Below, one piece after another: positions 50,206 through 53,969 of a DNA stretch of 53,969 nt. The notes under the pieces were generated by a model, which worked only from the letters and a program-made list of their open reading frames with translations, searched no databases and was not told the DNA's origin. Every line of letters begins with the position of its first letter. The stretch's first letter is position 1. A program made the translations under genes and the position numbers. This DNA is from an archaeon (lineage in GTDB: Archaea; Nanobdellota; Nanobdellia; Woesearchaeales; GW2011-AR9). The stretch covers positions 17,929 through 71,897 of the forward strand of contig JAHFQW010000001.1 in NCBI GenBank assembly GCA_023259115.1, read 5' to 3'.

Positions 50206-50808
50206 TTATGGATTTATTTCTAATGCTTCACTGAGATATTCTGTTATTAAAATTGGTTCAGCTAGTTTTTGATTGAGTTTACTAATAGACCATCTTATTT
50301 TTTGTTCATCTCTTTCTAGTATTGCTTCTAGAAATTCATCGCAGGTGAGTAAATATTTAGCATGGGATACTTTTTTGGGGATGTCAAGCGCATATCCTGT
50401 TTCTTGGGGAGTTGTGTTAGTATATCCACTGGCGTTACCATAAAACATACTATATCGAGCGATAATTGATCCGGAACCTTTGAAGGATTTTATCAGCTTT
50501 TCATAATCTGTTGTACTGCCGGCGATGGTGAATTGGCAATGATGTGGTCCACGTTCTCTGATTCGTTGGCTATTTTTTGGTGTTTCGATAGTGATGTGGT
50601 ATTTTTCACTCTCAACATAATCGTTTCCGTGCAAGTTATTTGGTTCATAGCCACATCTCTCTATCTCTTCTTGAAGTCTTGCTTCTGTAACCTGTTTCAT
50701 TAGGGGGCTATCTTGATTTATAAGATTAAATGTGTCTGCGAAGTCATCATATAGATAGGGTGTCAAAATTGCTACTTTGATTATTGGTTTTTGTGGTTGT
50801 GGGGTCAT
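50206..50808 (-). CDS. Hypothetical protein
   Basis: 200-aa ORF in a co-oriented run. Confidence 0.6.
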   Translation of the reverse strand: MTPQPQKPIIKVAILTPYLYDDFADTFNLINQDSPLMKQVTEARLQEEIERCGYEPNNLHGNDYVESEKYHITIETPKNSQRIRERGPHHCQFTIAGSTTDYEKLIKSFKGSGSIIARYSMFYGNASGYTNTTPQETGYALDIPKKVSHAKYLLTCDEFLEAILERDEQKIRWSISKLNQKLAEPILITEYLSEALEINP

Positions 50809-50873
50809 GGTATCACTCTTTAATTTATTTTTTTATTTTTATTTTTTCTTATTTATTCTCTTTTTTTTTTATT

Positions 50874-51383
50874 TTACTTTTGTCTTATTGTTTCTAGTAC
50901 TTTCATCCAATCTTTTGCTCCGTCTTTTAAGAAGGGAGCATGGAAGATGCCTAGGAGGGAGTTGTTTATGTGGTATAATGATGCGTTAGAGGTGTTATCA
51001 TTCCAATATGCGTCGCTTAAATTGTCAATACAGGCGGACATGGGGTGGTCATGATGGTTGATATCGGTGACAATGGAGATGTAGGGAATGTTTTGTTTTG
51101 CTGCTAGGAATGCGAGGGGGAAGCCGTAGGGTAGAAGATCAAACATATATTCTATGCCTTTGTGACTCATGGTATCTCTGCCACCTTTGGGCATCATGAG
51201 ATCGGTTAGGAGGATGTCATAGGGTGATTTTTCAGATTGGATGAGATATTGTTTTGCGTGTTCGTAATTGTGGGTAAGAGTGAGTTGATAGAGTTCTTTG
51301 TTCTCAAATTGCAGTTGGGCGCTGTTTTGATGCAGCGGGGTGTCTTCAATGAGGAGAATATGGAGAGGTTTTGTGGATGTCAT
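50874..51383 (-). CDS. Response-regulator receiver-domain protein
   Basis: HILLIEDT...YDILLTDLMMP (phospho-acceptor Asp). Confidence 0.75.
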   Translation of the reverse strand: MTSTKPLHILLIEDTPLHQNSAQLQFENKELYQLTLTHNYEHAKQYLIQSEKSPYDILLTDLMMPKGGRDTMSHKGIEYMFDLLPYGFPLAFLAAKQNIPYISIVTDINHHDHPMSACIDNLSDAYWNDNTSNASLYHINNSLLGIFHAPFLKDGAKDWMKVLETIRQK

Positions 51384-52144
51384 TATAAGAACCTCCCAAG
51401 TCCACCGTATTGGTTGGTTATGATCATTATTTTTTTTCCTTTTGCTTTTAATTCTTGGGCAGTTTTGAGCTCTTCATCTTCCCTACAATGTTGTACTAAA
51501 GGGGTGGAATCCAGAAAAAAGAGGGTAAAGCCGTCATGTTCTTTGGCATGTCTTAATAGTTTCCAGGTGTGTGGTGCTTGGTCTCTATTGCAAATTTCTA
51601 CTCCGCTATAGATTCTATCATCAAAATGTTCATCTGTTCCTATATCCTCATAATTCCATACTTTTACAATGCCGCCATCGGCTCGCAGAATATTGGCTAC
51701 ATTTTTAAATGTGTTTGGTACGTTTTCTCCGTAGTATAGGATTATTTTTCGATCTTTTGGATTATATTCAGTGATATATGATTTTCTCACGTGTGAGCCA
51801 TTGGAGCAAGGTCCATCTATTTTATCTTTTAGGGTAAAGAATGCAGCGACTTTTTCGTCTAAACTGAGGGATTTTAGTGTTGTATCTCTTTCTTGTTGTG
51901 TTATATAATCATCAGGAGTTGCAGAACCTCTTGTTACTTTTAATGTAAACTGAAAAATCTCACTCTTTAATTCATTTAATTTCTTCTTGGTACTTTCATA
52001 TAGATTAATCTCTTGTGGTGTTATTGTGGATTTGAGTTCTTGATAGGTTTCATACTCTTTTCCTAATAAAATTTTCGCATAGGATGCCAAGAATTGTTCT
52101 GGTGTTTGAAATGCTGGCGTATGGGGTTGTGCTAGAACTTTCAT
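51383..52144 (-). CDS. Hypothetical protein
   Basis: 253 aa; translationally coupled to both neighbours. Confidence 0.65.
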   Translation of the reverse strand: MKVLAQPHTPAFQTPEQFLASYAKILLGKEYETYQELKSTITPQEINLYESTKKKLNELKSEIFQFTLKVTRGSATPDDYITQQERDTTLKSLSLDEKVAAFFTLKDKIDGPCSNGSHVRKSYITEYNPKDRKIILYYGENVPNTFKNVANILRADGGIVKVWNYEDIGTDEHFDDRIYSGVEICNRDQAPHTWKLLRHAKEHDGFTLFFLDSTPLVQHCREDEELKTAQELKAKGKKIMIITNQYGGLGRFL

Positions 52145-53025
52145 GGGTAGACCTCATGTAGATTTCGTGTAATAAATGAACTTTGAGAAGCGGCGAGACG
52201 TATTTTGGCAAGGGTTTCTTCGATATCTTCTAAGGCGTATGTATGAGGACTTTTTTGATCTTGTTTTTGTTCTGTTTCAAGTTGTTCTGTTTCAAGTAAG
52301 TCTCTATGTTCATAATATTCTTGAGATATTTTGAATGCTTCTTCGATGTTGAGACCTCCTGCCATGAGGGTATTATTTTCTACGATTACGCCAGGACCGT
52401 ATAGAAAACATTGATCAGATGGTTTATGTTTTGCAATGCGTTGGTTTTTATCCAGATTACTATTTAATTTGTGTAGATCATAGATAAATTCTTGTTTGTT
52501 ATACGAGGGGTTGGTTGTGAAGTATTGTATGCCTGCGCCATGGCAGCCGGAGCCTGAGGCGAATACATGGCCGAGAATAGAATTATGTTCTGGGTCGGGG
52601 AAGGTTAACTCTCCCACGATGGCATATGTGTTGAATGGCACACGAGTGGCAAATTTGACATCAAATGAATCGTCGTCTAAAGAGTATGTACCACCGAGTA
52701 TTGCGCCGTCACAGCACCAAGACATAGCGCCAATTAGCATGTTGAATTGATTTGGCTGCTTAGGGTTTTGATGAATTTGCATACAGTGGATATAATTTGC
52801 AGAGGTGGGCTGTAGATGAAATTCGTGATAAATGGGCAAATCTTCCAGGGCAATGGCATTTATGGTTTGATCTTTTTGTACGTAGAAGCCTCTTTTTGGT
52901 CTATATTTTTCTGTTTCTCCCACAAAATCTGTTATACCAAATTTAATGGGGAGGTTGTTCGCAATAAAATTTGGATTGGTGCATAGTTTTTCTAGTGTGA
53001 TTACTGGCGTTGGTTCTGTTGTCAT
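52141..53025 (-). CDS. Hypothetical protein
   Basis: 294 aa; TTTAAATA box ~30 bp upstream. Confidence 0.65.
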   Translation of the reverse strand: MTTEPTPVITLEKLCTNPNFIANNLPIKFGITDFVGETEKYRPKRGFYVQKDQTINAIALEDLPIYHEFHLQPTSANYIHCMQIHQNPKQPNQFNMLIGAMSWCCDGAILGGTYSLDDDSFDVKFATRVPFNTYAIVGELTFPDPEHNSILGHVFASGSGCHGAGIQYFTTNPSYNKQEFIYDLHKLNSNLDKNQRIAKHKPSDQCFLYGPGVIVENNTLMAGGLNIEEAFKISQEYYEHRDLLETEQLETEQKQDQKSPHTYALEDIEETLAKIRLAASQSSFITRNLHEVYP

Positions 53026-53122
53026 GTAGTTGTAGATACGGGTGCTGATATTTAAAGAGCTAGGGGTCTATTTTACGAAAAAACAAGAAAAGTTTATAAA
53101 TAAATTTAGTTTTAATGGGAGA

Positions 53123-53969
53123 ATGGATAAGAATGATTATAAAATACTGCAAAAATTAGATGAAAATGCACGTATTTCTGTGGTTAAATTGGCGCGTGAG
53201 GTGCGATTATCAAAAGATGTGGTGAATTATCGTTTGCGTAAATTGCAGGAGGAGAAGGTTTTAGTGGGTTCGCGAGCAAATATTGCAATTGCGAAGCTGG
53301 GGTATACGTATCATAAGATTTTGGTTAAATTTGTGCCGTTAAATACGGTGCAAGAAGAGCAGTGGTTGGCGTGGGGAAGGCTACATCACGAAGTGATTTG
53401 GATGGGGACGTGTGATGGGGAGTGGAATGGGAATATGACAGTGAGAACAAAGAGTTTTCAAGAGCTGGCGTTGTTTTTAGATGATTTTTTTGGTACGTTT
53501 GGGGGATTGGTGTTGAAAAAAGAAATACTTCGAGTGATGAGTTCATATCGATTTAATCGGAAATTTTTGTTTTTGGATGGCAAATATACGCATGAATTTT
53601 ATCATAGCTTTTTTGCAGAGCGTGTTGAGATTGATGCAAAAGATAGTGTGATTATTCATCTGTTAACAAAAGATGCTCGTACAAAGCTTGTGGATATTGC
53701 GCAGAGCGTAGATTTGAGCCCGGAGGCGGTGGCAGTGCGTTTAGCGCAATTAGAAAAGAACAAAGTAATTATTGGGTATCGTCAAAAAATTGATTATACC
53801 AAATTTGGATTGCAAAATTATGAAGTGCTCTTGGTTGTGAAAAATCCACAGCAGAAAGCTAAAATTATTTCGTATTGTCGTTATCATCGTGCGTGTGATA
53901 CGGTGATGGAGTTTATGGGGTATTATGATTTACAACTGACATTTTTATTGAAGAGCCAGGCAGAGTTTC
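53123..53969 (+). CDS. Lrp/AsnC-family regulator with duplicated HTH (runs off window)
   Basis: MDKNDYKILQKLDENARISVVKLAREVRLSKDVVNYRLRKL, and a second DAKD...DARTKLVDIAQSVDLSPEAVAVRL. Confidence 0.85.
   Translation, partial: MDKNDYKILQKLDENARISVVKLAREVRLSKDVVNYRLRKLQEEKVLVGSRANIAIAKLGYTYHKILVKFVPLNTVQEEQWLAWGRLHHEVIWMGTCDGEWNGNMTVRTKSFQELALFLDDFFGTFGGLVLKKEILRVMSSYRFNRKFLFLDGKYTHEFYHSFFAERVEIDAKDSVIIHLLTKDARTKLVDIAQSVDLSPEAVAVRLAQLEKNKVIIGYRQKIDYTKFGLQNYEVLLVVKNPQQKAKIISYCRYHRACDTVMEFMGYYDLQLTFLLKSQAEF

Overview
54-kb archaeal chromosome segment, most likely DPANN (Woesearchaeota-like; inferred from archaeal EF-1alpha/uS10, RtcB, tRNA introns with bulge-helix-bulge (BHB)-like junctions, BRE-TATA promoters and many ORFans). 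Recognisable genes include tuf, rpsJ, uvrA/uvrB/uvrC, rtcB, NurA, a DHH phosphoesterase, PIN, NRAMP, a partial CorA, AbrB-PhoU, a CysQ/IMPase, three kinase-fold proteins, a B12-radical SAM enzyme, a site-2 protease and a D-2-hydroxyacid dehydrogenase. There are three intron-containing tRNAs, and tRNA-Ser(CGA) has two introns. The most unusual content is non-coding. (1) At least seven ~92-95 bp double-hairpin elements, mostly TATA-bounded, keep the same architecture while their stem sequences differ, and their two loops are complementary. Two near-identical copies bracket a two-gene cassette and two copies carry nested inserts of a second hairpin family. (2) A 124-bp MITE has perfect 18-bp TIRs and a 9-bp target duplication. 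(3) A third family of ~26-29 bp TATAG...CTATA repeats is dispersed through the window. (4) A shared 23-bp motif lies just upstream of the TATA boxes of uvrA and a RhuM/BRO locus. (5) An abrupt, very strong strand-composition switch near 40.1 kb suggests a replication origin, with no cdc6 nearby. No CRISPR array, transposase or integrase is visible. All calls are by eye; no searches were run.
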